NCBI RefSeq assembly: GCF_006345805.1
Contig: NC_043024.1
Coordinates: 12,152,001 to 12,216,000 of the forward strand
Source: Octopus sinensis
Lineage: Eukaryota
DNA length: 64,000 bases
Direction: 5' to 3'
Part shown: positions 52,438 to 64,000 of the stretch, in pieces
Position numbering within the stretch: the first letter of the stretch is position 1
How the letters are laid out: the number at the start of each line of letters is the position of its first letter
Translations under genes and position numbers: made by a program
Notes under the pieces: model-generated
Databases searched by the model: none
Seen by the model: the letters and a program-made list of their open reading frames with translations, nothing else
Told to the model about the DNA's origin: nothing

Positions 52438-52480
52438 GTACAACACATGTTTCAACCCGTTCCGGGTCTCTTCATGTATT
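52438..52480 (-). ncRNA. Degenerate hammerhead motif (core ATGAAGA)
   Basis: TAC-ATGAAGA-GACCCG-GAA-CGGGTT-GAAAC-ATGT-GTT-GTA; first core C mutated. Confidence 0.5.
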
Positions 52481-53044
52481 CAGTAAAAAGTCTCACCAGA
52501 GATTTTTTGAGTCGGCTAATGTAACGCTCTATGCCCATCAAATTCGAGAATATGTATATATAAGATGAATTGGGATTAAAAAATCCTGGCAGATATCAAG
52601 TAAGCACTCAGTAAAAAGGAATAAGTATAAATTTCCAAAAAGTAGTTAAAGTAAATGTATGTAGAATACAAATCTCAGGTAAATCCTCATTTATGACAGG
52701 TAAATCCAATAATCCTTTTGCAGAATTTTAAAAAATTCAGATATTAACAACAATCAATGATTTGTACGAAGAAAATCCTGTCTTTAATTTATATATATGG
52801 TGGTTGTTTACTCCTTATACAGAGTCTGACCCCCCTCGTGTACTTACACCTTAGATCCATCATGGCATCTGATATGGTTTCTTAAAACAGACAATGTATT
52901 GAAAAGACATCCACACAGATTGCACATCTGATTTGGACCACCAAGAGCTGCAGCTAAGTTCTGGTCTTTGTGGATCTTAGAATGTTTTTTTGCAACACGC
53001 ATCTGTTAGATTTCCAGACCTTATGGCACACATGGCATTGAAAG

Positions 53045-53077
<33 letters not shown>

Positions 53078-53559
53078 ATATACATACACACGCACACAAC
53101 AGGCTTCTTTCATAAGGCTTTGGTCAACCCAAGGCTGTAGTAGAAGACATTTGCCCAAGGTGCCACACAGTGGGATTGAACCCAGAACCATGTAGTTGGG
53201 AAGCAAGCTTCTTACAACACAAACACACATGCACTTATGTGATATAGCTTTTATCTTCAATCTTTTGTTTCACTTGATAGACAGCAACCATGCTGGGCAC
53301 CTGGAAGTATTTTTAGTCAAAAGGATTGACCCTAGTACTGAATTTTTTTTTATATGGACCCAGAATCTTGTGGTTGGAAACAAGCTGTCTACCACACACC
53401 CACGCCTGTGCCTTGAAGCCAATATTAAAGTTGAGTTGAAGGCAGCAAGTATGAAGAATTGTTAGCACAGCAGGCAAAATACTTAGCAGCAGTTTGTCCA
53501 TCTTTACTTACCACTTTGTTTATTAGAAAGATAATGTATTTTATGCTTAGTATACTTAC

Positions 53560-53618
53560 GCGGTACATTGATTACCATTCTTTCTTGTCTTCTTTTAGCT
53601 AAATTTTTATACGAGGTT
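53560..53618 (-). CDS. GCLC: GCLC-like gene A, exon 6 (TSYKNLAKRRQERMVINVP)
   Basis: RR...V.INVP motif; 59 nt, phase 2-1. Confidence 0.92.
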
Positions 53619-54943
53619 CTTGATAAAACAAAAAAAAAAAGGAAAGAAGAAAGGAAGTAAATAAAAAAATAAATAAAACATTGAATATATCAAACATTAA
53701 CAATTATGAAAATTGGTCTTAATTAAGTCAGCAAGCTGGGGGAATCGTTAGCATGCTGGGTGAAATGCTTAGTGGCATTTTGTCCTTTCATCCTTTTGGG
53801 ATCAATGACATAAGTACCAGTTACGTACTGGGGTTGATGTAATTGATTAGCCCATCCCACCTCTCCCACAGTTTCAGGCCTTGTGCCTATAATAGGATGG
53901 ATTATTTTATTAGAAAGGATGATGAAGATAGTTGTTTCTTTTTAATCTCATTCGAATATCAAATCCTATTTGAAACTGACCCAGATTCTGTCATACAAAA
54001 TCTTCATCCTTAAGTATCCGGACCTATTAATCAAATATTTCTTCCAATTTGTGGCACTCAAGATGTTTGGAAGGTTCTTGTCATCGTTGGCAGCTTGTCT
54101 CACTGCAGTGTCAGGTGATGCCTGAGGGTGCTTCACTTTTCCAATGTCCAAGCCTCACCACCACCTGTTGTAATGCTGTGAGTGTGTCAGCTTGGTTTAA
54201 TAGGTTCCGTTTAACCTTGAAGTGTTTCAACAATTGAGACACTTGGTATTGAATTGATGTGGGGTTTTTTCCCCTCTTCTTCCATTTTTCTACCAGTTTG
54301 GAATTTATGTTTTCAAATGTGGTCTTGTATTATGTATGTATCATATGTGAAGGTGCATGATTTAGTGGTTAGAACATTCAGCTTACAATTATAGGGTTAT
54401 GAGGATTTTAATTCATAAACCAATAAATAATTTACCGTTTTGTTGCTAGTGCATTTGAGTCCAATATATTACTGGTATTTTATTTTATCAGTGACAGAAG
54501 GATCGGCAGCAAAGTTAATCATTGTCATTTATTATAAGTTCATTCACATCTACAATGCTTTGGGGTCAAATTGATTGGTACTTTATTATAACAACACAAA
54601 TATGTGATTGGTCTTTTGTAATACTGATCCCAGTACTTGAATGGTACTTTATTACCTTGACCTCAAAAAGATGACAAAGTTGATCCCAATGAGATTTGAA
54701 CTCGGAACATAAAAGGACATAGTGCAACAATCGATATCTTACAGAGGCACAATGCCACACATTTTAAGTGGGTAATAAAGTATAATGGATTATATTGAAA
54801 CCCACCCCCTAATTGACTGGTACTTTATTTAATTGACCCTCAAAAGATGACAAAGTCAACGTCTTCAAGATTTGGATTATCAAGCAACATAGGAATAACA
54901 CAGAATAACACAAGAAGATGTGCAAAAATGTTTTATGACTCAC

Positions 54944-55060
54944 ATATAGTATGGAGTCTGGGAGCACAGTGCTGCATCTCCTATGAAAACTGATTGGTGA
55001 AGTTCGACTGGATGCTTGTTTGCTTTGTAAGATGGAAAAGTGAAATTAGGACAGCCGAAT
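54944..55060 (-). CDS. GCLC: GCLC-like gene A, exon 5 (FGCPNFTFPSYKANKHPVELHQSVFIGDAALCSQTPYY)
   Basis: GCP.FT.P motif; ttttttcag acceptor, gtgagt donor; 117 nt, phase 2-2. Confidence 0.92.
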
Positions 55061-55558
55061 CTGAAAAAAGAAAATTTTTAATTAATTATCATTATTATTT
55101 GTATTGAGTGAGAAAGCAATGCATGCCATCAAAGTGACACTGGGACACAAATATGCAAAGCCTAATATACCCATCTGATAAGGGTACACCAGGCACATGC
55201 CTCACAGCCATACGTGCGTGACACAGTGATTTCATATCAAGTTAAACAGTGCAGGTTTAACTTGATATGGAGGTGGGTTCCAGTTAGAATTTTCTTCAGG
55301 TTAAGTAGTCAATCCTGCATCGAGACATCGTGCATTTAAGAAAGAAACTACACCTTATATAACAAAAGTCTTTCTGATTTGTTGTGTTCCTTTGTGTTAA
55401 CAGAACTTTTCCCATTGTTGTATTACAACATTTTCCTTCCATCGCACTGATGTTATTGAATTAAGTTTGTTTTGTGAAAAGAGCTTCTCAGGGTACATCC
55501 ATGTTGTCATTTAGCCTGAAGCTATTTTTATTATTATTATTATTATCATTATGATTAT

Positions 55559-55595
<37 letters not shown>

Positions 55596-55805
55596 TGTTG
55601 TTGGCATTGAGCTGGCAGAATCGTTAGTGCCCTGGATGAAATGCTTAGTGGTATTTCACCTGTCAATACATTCTGAGTTCAAATTCCGTCAACGTCAATT
55701 TTGTCTTTCATCTTTTCAGGGTCGATAAGATAAATACCAGTTGAACACTGTAATTGATTTATCCCCTTTCCCAAGATTACTGCCCTTGTGGCAAAATTTG
55801 AAACT

Positions 55806-56761
55806 GTGATGGCCAGATAAGATGTTCAAGTTCACTAGAATGTTCCTCGTACCATTCAGTAAAGCTTTAGCGGTGTGAATTGGTACATTATCATCCTGAA
55901 AGATTGTGTTTCCATCTAGAAACAGTTCTGTGAACATAGGATGAATTTGATCTGATAAAATACTTAAATAGTCTTGACTATTAATTCTGCCATGAAGGGA
56001 AACCATTGGGCCGGCAGATTTCCAAGATATAGCCTCCCACCCCCGATCATCACAGATCCTGCTCTATGTTTAACAGTGGGAAGAAGGCAGTCTGGGTCAA
56101 AAGCTTCTTTTGGCTGTCTCCACGCGCATACTTCGCTGGAGGTCGGAAATAAGGTAAAGGATGACTCATCCGAGAAAATAACATTCTTCCACTGCTCTAA
56201 GGACCAATTCTGTAGGGGTTTTTTTTCCACTCTAAATGCTTTGCGACTTTTATTTTTGAAAGTATTGATTTTCTGATTGCAGCTCCTAGCGAACAGTTTT
56301 TATGGAAACTGTGTTCTCTAGATGGTCATTAAGCTCTGCAATAATTTTGAGAGCTGTACTTTTGTGATCCTTTCTAACAATTCATGTAAAAGCCCGATGG
56401 TCCCTATCGAAAAGTTTTGGTTTTCTTCTGGAGTTTTGTTTCGACAAGGAAGTTTTTCCCTCTTTCTCAAAGGCTGTCATTACTTTTGAGACAGTACTTC
56501 TTGAAACACCAACCATTTTGTCTGTTTTCGTTACGCTAGCACCTGCCAATTTCATCTCCTTGAAAGTCCGATAGAGGTGTCATTTTAATGAATTTTAATT
56601 ACCTATTTCTGAGGATATCTGAAAAGAAACAGCAATTTTAGCAAAACATATTAAGCGACGCTATTAATAAATCAAAAAAAAAAAACTAACAAACTTTTGA
56701 CAGTTTTATAGATATTTCAGAATTATGATGCTAGGTGTTTCCATTATTTTGTCCAACCCTG
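55806..56761 (-). mobile_element. Tc1-like transposon, 5' TIR present, 3' end lost next to a SINE
   Basis: WKNVIFSDESSF, PTVKH..GSVM, IFQDDN.PIHT; TIR (ta)cagggttggacaaaataatggaaacacc. Confidence 0.85.
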
Positions 56762-57115
56762 TATATTCATTCACAAAAATGTTTTATAAAAATACATACA
56801 TTTATTTTCCCATAAAAATATAAAGCTGTATTTACTCAGAAACAAACTCTACGTAAATACGAGTGGTAATAAAACGTTTCTGGCTTTACAAAAGGCCTAG
56901 CTGGAGACCCAATATTCCGAGTTCTTTTAAAGGGCTTGGAAAAACTGAAGGGCTGCTGCAATAAGCATGTGAATCTGAGAGGGGAATATGTTGAATAACA
57001 TCATAATTAACTGATCCTCCTCTATTTTCTTTTACCCAAAACCAGGAACTTTCAGCACCCCCTCGTATCTACATAAAATAACATACATAAATATTAGCTT
57101 CAAGATTTCACTTAC

Positions 57116-57181
57116 CTTGGAAAATATGGCACACTAACTAGAGTTTGGTTTGGGCTGAGAAGTTGTTTAATTGCTTTACGT
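57116..57181 (-). CDS. GCLC: GCLC-like gene A, exon 4 (RKAIKQLLSPNQTLVSVPYFPR)
   Basis: Aligns to RR......L..N......FPR; 66 nt, phase 2-2. Confidence 0.9.
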
Positions 57182-58542
57182 CTAAAATATTAACAAGATA
57201 GATTCTTGATGAGTCATGGAACAAAACAGATTTCATACATATTGTACTTAAAAAGTAACAACAACAAAAACAACGATGTTTGGAAAATATTTAATATTTT
57301 GAGGTTGGTTTTGTGAAGGCAGAAGGCTTAATGGTTAGGGTATTCAGCTCATTATTGTAAGGTTGTGCATTGTGTCTTTGAGCAAGGCACTTTGCTTTAT
57401 TGCATTGTTTCAGTATACTCAGCTGGCAAAAATGAGTTGCACATGTACTTTAAAAGGCCAGCAATGTCGTATTTTGTGTTAAGCTGAATTTCTCTGAGAA
57501 CTATATTAAGGGTACATGTGTCTGTGGAGTAGTTCAGCTATTTGCATGGTATTTTCGTGAGCAGGCTGTTGTTCTGCTGATCGGATCAACTGGAATAACT
57601 GCCAGTTTTGTGTGGTTGTTTTGCTTTGTCTCTTTCTTTTTCTATCCTGTGATGTCCATTTAAAAGCGGTTTTAGAACAGCAGTGGTCTGTTAGCCAGAA
57701 TATGTGATCTGCTAGTTTTAACCTTTGTTCTTTGATAATCTATAATGATTTTGTAGTCTTGTGGTGGCTCTCTTGAGGCCAATATCACATGACCATACAT
57801 ATGACAGCCCATAAATGGTGATGGCTTGGTCAATCGATCCAAAACAGTTATCCTCTTCTGCCTCCAACACATTGTTTCTCATGGAAGTAGATGTGGCTGA
57901 CAAAACCGATATAAGATAGACTGATCCTGTGGCACTGAGGGCCCTGAAATTGACCCTGAACAACAACTGCAGGGGGTTGATTGCAATATCTCCTCTCTTT
58001 ATGCAGTTTCACACGTCCAGATTCAAAGCACTCTACTTCAGCGTCACACATGTATCTCAATGCCTTCTGGTTATCACCCATAACAATTTTTCTTGAAACA
58101 AATTTTTAACAGCTTGATGGCCATCCTGTCACCAACCCTCACCTGTATCGAAGCAGGATAATACTTACCCATAGCCAAACATGTTTTTCATGGAAGATTT
58201 CAAATGGGAAGTGTCGCTTGTATGACAATGATGCTTGTTTACAACCGTCCCATGATGTTGAGACAAGGACACATACACACACATAAATAAGTCATCACCA
58301 GAAATACAGAGAAAGTGATTTGTCTCTTAGGAACCAATAACCAACAACGATGTTATTGCTTATGCAATATACAATGTGAAAAATAGTTCTGCAAGCCTGG
58401 CTGTGTAGCAAGAAGTTCATTTCACAATCCTATGATCTTCAGATCAATCCCACTGCATGGCACCTTGGTCTTCTCTTAAAGCCAGAGGTGAACCATTATC
58501 TTTTGAGTGGATTTGGTAGACAGAAACTGAAAGAAGCCCATT

Positions 58543-58577
<35 letters not shown>

Positions 58578-59117
58578 ACTTGGGGTTGCTGAAAAATGAC
58601 TGTCTTTAAGAATATCACAAAAGCCTGGTTGGAGGCCCAACCTTCTGAGTTCTTTTGTGGGGCTAGGAAAACTGAAAGACCTCTGCAATAAGCATCTGAA
58701 TCCCAGAGAGGAAGATGTTGAATAAAATCATAATTCACTGATCCACCTGTATTTTCTTTCATCCCAAACCAGGAACTTTCCAACGCTCCTCATACGTGTG
58801 TGTGTGTATATGTGTACACACGTGGTATTGTCTTCTTGCCTTGACTTCATGCGACAATTGTAAACAAATATCACTGACATACAGGAGGTGTCCTTTGTTT
58901 CCAGTCCTTCATGAAAACACGTCTGTTCATGAGGAATATTGCCTTGCTTGGAAGTTGATGTCAACAAGTGAAGTTGATGACAAGAAGGGCATCAGATCAT
59001 AGAAAATCCACCTCGGTGTTTCCGTCCAACCCATGCAAGCATGGAAAAGTGGATGTTAAATCAATGTCAATGATGATGATGAAATGTAAATAAAGTACAT
59101 GAAAATATTTTGCTTAC

Positions 59118-59225
59118 CTTTCTTTAAAATGTTCTTCGGTAAGGTTCAAATCTGTGATGGAACTGCCAAATGGGTTTTTTGGTATGCCTTCCAGAATATA
59201 TTCGAGACATTCTGGAACCCATTCG
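59118..59225 (-). CDS. GCLC: GCLC-like gene A, exon 3 (EWVPECLEYILEGIPKNPFGSSITDLNLTEEHFKER)
   Basis: W.PE...Y..EG.P motif; 26/36 identical to gene B exon 3; 108 nt. Confidence 0.92.
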
Positions 59226-61024
59226 CTTTTAATGTATTGTTTTTAAAAAGATAAATTATATTTATCAAGTTAGAAAGCATATAATTTTAAGAATTAATTA
59301 TAGATTTTTTCCAGTTGTTTTTGTTTTGAGTATGATGAAAGAATGTTTAAATTGCAATTTTATATAATTACTAGTAGAGATACTCAGCATTGCTCGGGAT
59401 TAAAATGGCATAGTTTGTATATATATCAGTTATTATATATAGTTTGTATATATATATATGAGTTATGTTGAAACTGGTGATACGGGAAAGTGCAACATTG
59501 ACAACAAAATATTTTGGGAGTAAATGATGGTCTAATTTGACTAAGCGACAAGCAGTAAGTCCCTTTGGAGGATTTCAGGCCTTAACCTATCATGGAAAAC
59601 TGGGAGTAGTGCGGTATGTAATTTTTGAACCCACCAAAAAGTTGTCAGTAGATATACTTGCAAATTTCTTTATAATCATAATCTATGCCGTTTGAAAGGG
59701 ATTTGTATAAATTGTCATTAAAAGACACCCATTTTCCTGAAAGTTATGAGGGGAGAAAGGTTACATCATGTAAATTTTCCGAAACACTTCTCTCCACCCC
59801 CTCGTAAAAATTATTTCCCATCAATCCCTGTATACTCTGAAACCACAACATCTAAGCGGTATTTGTAGAAAATTTTGTTAAAAAGTATCCATTTTTCTGT
59901 ATGAGACAACAAAGTTGGGAGCGTATACATCTGTAGTAAGGCCCTTTTATTTATAAAATTTTTCATTTCATGTTCATTTCATTCATTGTTTGCAATGTTC
60001 TCTCTTCTCGTCTGTCTGTCTGCCTGTCTCTCTCTCTCTCTATCTCTCTCTCTCTCTCACTCACACACACACTCTGCAAAGCTTACAGATGGACTGCTGA
60101 ATTGAAATCTCTATGCTGCTTTGAGGGGAAGGTAAAACTTGATAAACTGCCTCTCCTTCTGTTGTTAGACTACCGTGATGTTTGTTTAAAAAAAAAATTA
60201 TGACTGTGATAAAATAATGAAAGCAGTATTTACTAAGCAAGTGAACACTATTTTACAAAGAAATGATTAGACATAAAATATAAAAATTATTAGAATTGAG
60301 AATCAAATGTGAAAATATTATCAAGGGGATAGCAGAAAACCACCCAGAGGCTGTCTTTCTGCCAGTATAGATAATGAAAATTAATTCTAAAATATATGAT
60401 AATTTCATTCTTGCTGTGTTTCTTTATCACACACACACACACACACACATACACACACAGAATTCTGTCAGTTATGGCAATGAGGGTTCCAGTTGAGCCA
60501 ATCAATTCAAGAGCCAGCTCATGAAATTAACATGCAAGTGGCTGAGTCGATCACAGAAAGTGACAAAGCTGGTCCCTTAAAATATGAATACTACTCAAGC
60601 TTCTATATCACTGGAAGAAAGGGATCCAAACCAAAGAGATTAAACCGAAAATGGTGTAATTGTTCAACCCATGCTCTTGCTTTGATAAATTACAGAAACT
60701 GTCGCATATAAAACAGAGGCTTTCCGTTGGTGCACAAGGCCAGCAATGTTGAGGGAGTGGATTAGTTGATATTGTTGAATCCAGGAATTGACTAGATAAA
60801 TATTTTATTGATCCAAGAGGGACAAAAGGCAAATTTACCATGGAGAGATTTGAACTCACAATGTAACGCTTAGTATAGTATATATAACTATGTGACTAAA
60901 TCAACCACTAAGATGGCATTCAATGTTGAAATCCCTCTAAACATTAAAATCAATGAGTTGAGACAGAAAAGAGAAACAGGTTCCAGTGATGTGAACCAAA
61001 CTACGCATCTGTCTCTTGCCTTCT

Positions 61025-61072
<48 letters not shown>

Positions 61073-61152
61073 AATTATTGTTTATAATAACTTCCATTCA
61101 TCATCAAGGATTAAAGGATTATTGAAAATCAAGTGCACATAATTATACTCAC

Positions 61153-61259
61153 CTTGATTCTAATCCCTTTACTTCAGGAGATTCAAGTAAGGACATGGAA
61201 TTCAACAATAACTGGACAACTTTTTGATCATGGTCAAATTGTATTAATGAAAACTCAAT
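61153..61259 (-). CDS. GCLC: GCLC-like gene A, exon 2 (IEFSLIQFDHDQKVVQLLLNSMSLLESPEVKGLES); exon 1 not found in window
   Basis: 21/35 identical to gene B exon 2; same 107-nt size and phase. Confidence 0.9.
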
Positions 61260-62329
61260 CTAAAAAAAAGATCAAATCAGTTGTTTCTGAAAATCATATA
61301 AATGGGAGAAACAGATGTTTGAAAAAGTTCACAGAATAGTAAATAGCACTTTGTAAACATCATGTCCTTACTATTGGTCAACTGAATCTACTTTTTTATC
61401 CAAAGGTTCTTTAAGCAAATATTTAAACGGTATCATTTATGGTTTTATCTCCTTTGAGATCCATCAATAAAACCTGATTACTTTTCTTGAATTCTGTTGT
61501 TCCAGCTTCTATAATTTTTAGAGAAATATACTTCCAAAACTCGGTGTCAAAGGAACCAGAAATAGAACAGCCTGCCTCAGAGCCCTTTAATTTGTTGCGA
61601 GTTTTAAAAGAAAAGAGGACAAAGCTGTAATGAAAAACTGTTCTATGAGTAGAACCTGAAGGTAGTTATAAACAGGTAGTTGTTTGTGAAGCATACAGAT
61701 TTAAGCACTCACCAGTGAGAAAAAAGGTAAAAAAAAAGGAATGCTGTTATTGGGTAGGAGATGCTCTGAAGACAAGTTGGATGCTGAAGCAAAACCAAGG
61801 TCATAAATACATTCGCCATACAAGTAATCACATACAGCTTCAATGTTATTAACTATCGCTGATATCAACAAAGCTGATGTAAAAATCTGAAAGCTGATAT
61901 CAGTGCATCATATACAGGATGAGGTGTTGAAAAGGATATCGTGAAAGGCCCAAACTTCTGAGTTCTTTCAAAGGGCTTAGAAAATCTGAAGGGCCTCTGC
62001 AAGAAGTGTGTGAATCTGAGTGGAGAATATGTTAAATAAAATCACAATTGACTGATCCCCTTGTATTGCCTTTTACCCAAAGCTAGGAACTTTTCAGCAC
62101 CCATCACATCACCTAAAAGAAGACATAGATCAAATATATCTTCAGAAAAAAAGTTGTTGTAGTGGGCTGTTAATGCAATCCCAACTCTCATTGAACATTG
62201 CAACCATGTCCACATGAAACATGGTTCTCAATCTTGAAAATACCAAAAAGTTGCACTCAGTGATGGAAAAAGGCTATAATATACCTGAGGGAAATGCAAC
62301 TAGATACTATTTGAACCAGAACCTGAAGA

Positions 62330-63300
62330 CAATATGTCTCCAAATGAAATGGCATAACAAATAAAAATACAACCAAATAAACCAGCCACCAAATATACTA
62401 AAAGGAAAGGAGAGCAAAAGCTACTGCATGGCAAATACCTGATTAGAATTATTAATCATGTTGTAGACCAAATTCTTAACTGCCAATTCAGAAACTATTG
62501 TTATTACTAATAAGGATGAGTGCCTTTCAGTTAAGAATTGCCAGTGGAATGTTCTAAAAAGATGAAAGCAGTCCATCATGTTGCATATGCAGAGAACATT
62601 CAGAGACAATTGATCCACATCATCTCTGGATGAGAACAACTGATACGAACATATTACTTGCAAAGACGTGGCAGTACAGTTCAGTATATAGACTGATCAA
62701 GATGCCTCTCATACAACTTCCCTCACAAAGATGTAGGAACACAAGCCACATGTTGCTCAGAAGGATGGTGCTTCCATCCTTTGGAATTTCAGTGTTCAGA
62801 CTGATCGGCAAACTCAGGCTAACCAGCCAGATATCATGTTCATTAAGAAAATCTCTTTTAATTAATTAATTTGTTAGTTGCAAAACCATTGACTGTGTGA
62901 CACTGTTTTTCTATATATTGCAAGCTGGAGTAAACTACCACTATGTCTAGCAAACGAGTATCCACTACAAAGGATGATCAAAATAAGATTGAAATCACAT
63001 GATATAGTGGTCTCCAAGCTAGGATACTAGAAAGGTCTCCCCCCACATGCAATATATATCCTGGCGTTAAAATAGCAGTATTGTCTGTTCTTGTACAGTT
63101 GGCAATAAACATTACAACTAGATATATTTTTAAAAATTCATATTGAAAAGACATCTTTTGATGGATGCCGACGAAGCACATCTGTGAAAACGTCGAAGAA
63201 TGTGACATCTCAAATCAACATTACCTACAGCTATTGGGGAATTTGGGATGATATCAAAAGGAGCAAACAAAAATGCAAGCCATAATTTATAGCAACCTCA
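62330..63300 (+). mobile_element. Degenerate R4/Dong-like (RLE-type) non-LTR element C-terminus
   Basis: Broken frames give LHGKY, C..CREHSETI..IISG and ILWNFSVQTDRQTQANQPDI. Confidence 0.6.
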
Positions 63301-64000
63301 AAATAAGGTCCATTAAGGGTTCTTTACAAATCTTATGTAAATTCCTTTCCATGTAAATACAATCTTATTCATTAAGTCTTTTTTGTGGAGGCACATGGCT
63401 CAGTGGTTAAAGTATTGCACTCTTGATTGTAAAATTATGGTTTTAATTGCTGGACTGGGCAATGTGTTGTGTTCTTGGGCAAAACACTTCATTTCATTGC
63501 TCCAATTGATTAACTTGCAAAAAATGAATAATCCTTAATGGACCACCATCACATCTGACAGCAAAAGAAAATCTTGGTAAACACAAGCATGACCACAAAA
63601 GAAAACCTTTTTTTTCTTTGTTACTATTGTGTATATCAGATGATGAAGAAGAGGATGAGATGTTGTTTGGGAACAAATCCATCCAAACCATGCCAGCTGA
63701 TTGTTGTTGTTGTTTATAAAGGTGGCAAACTGGCAGAATGGTTAGCATGCTGGATGAAATGCTTGGCAGTATTTTGCCTGTCACTACGTTCTGGGTACAA
63801 ATTCTGCTGAGAATCGACTTTGCCTTTCATCCTTTGGGTTGATAAATTAAGTACCAGTGAATCACTGGCATTTTATTTATTTATAATTAATTGACTAGTC
63901 CCCTCCCCTCAAATTTTGAGCATTGTGCCTATAGAAGAAAGTATTATTATCATCATCATCATCATTAAGGCTTTGAGGGTGGTCAACTGCCAAAATTGTT

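Noticed and set aside
59226-61152. U12-type intron explanation for the pyrimidine-poor exon 3 acceptor
   Set aside because: The donor is gtgagt in both paralogues, not GTATCCTT/ATATCCTT
61262-64000. Gene A exon 1 (WGDE exon)
   Set aside because: No WEE/WGDE-coding segment with a donor found; presumed beyond the window end

Overview
AT-rich, microsatellite- and SINE-dense animal genomic DNA. The repeat landscape suggests an octopus/cephalopod, but this is inference only. Manual exon assembly on the minus strand reveals two tandem, divergent paralogues of the glutamate-cysteine ligase catalytic subunit (GCLC) family. Gene A spans 61259..27941 with coding exons 2-16, all GT-AG, forming one open frame of 557 codons plus stop; its exon 1 probably lies beyond the window end. 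Gene B contributes exons 1-3 (9831..4234), with the remainder off the window start. Gene A keeps the Mg/ATP-binding residues but has replaced the motif residues that bind glutamate and cysteine (DxRW>DSAW, KSRY>KTGF, STNW>NSNG, GMGxCCLQ>GVSCCVIQ, HPRF>TPYY, PEY>PEC). This points to a neofunctionalised carboxylate-amine ligase or a pseudo-enzyme. Its exon 15 is present twice as a frame-incompatible pair. Introns and the intergenic space hold RTE, CR1-like and R4/Dong-like LINE fragments, Tc1/mariner relics and MITEs, tRNA-derived SINEs and several Penelope-like elements. Many type I hammerhead ribozyme motifs are present, including a tandem array of ~489-bp hammerhead-bearing units (retrozyme-like) and a tRNA-headed SINE ending in a hammerhead.
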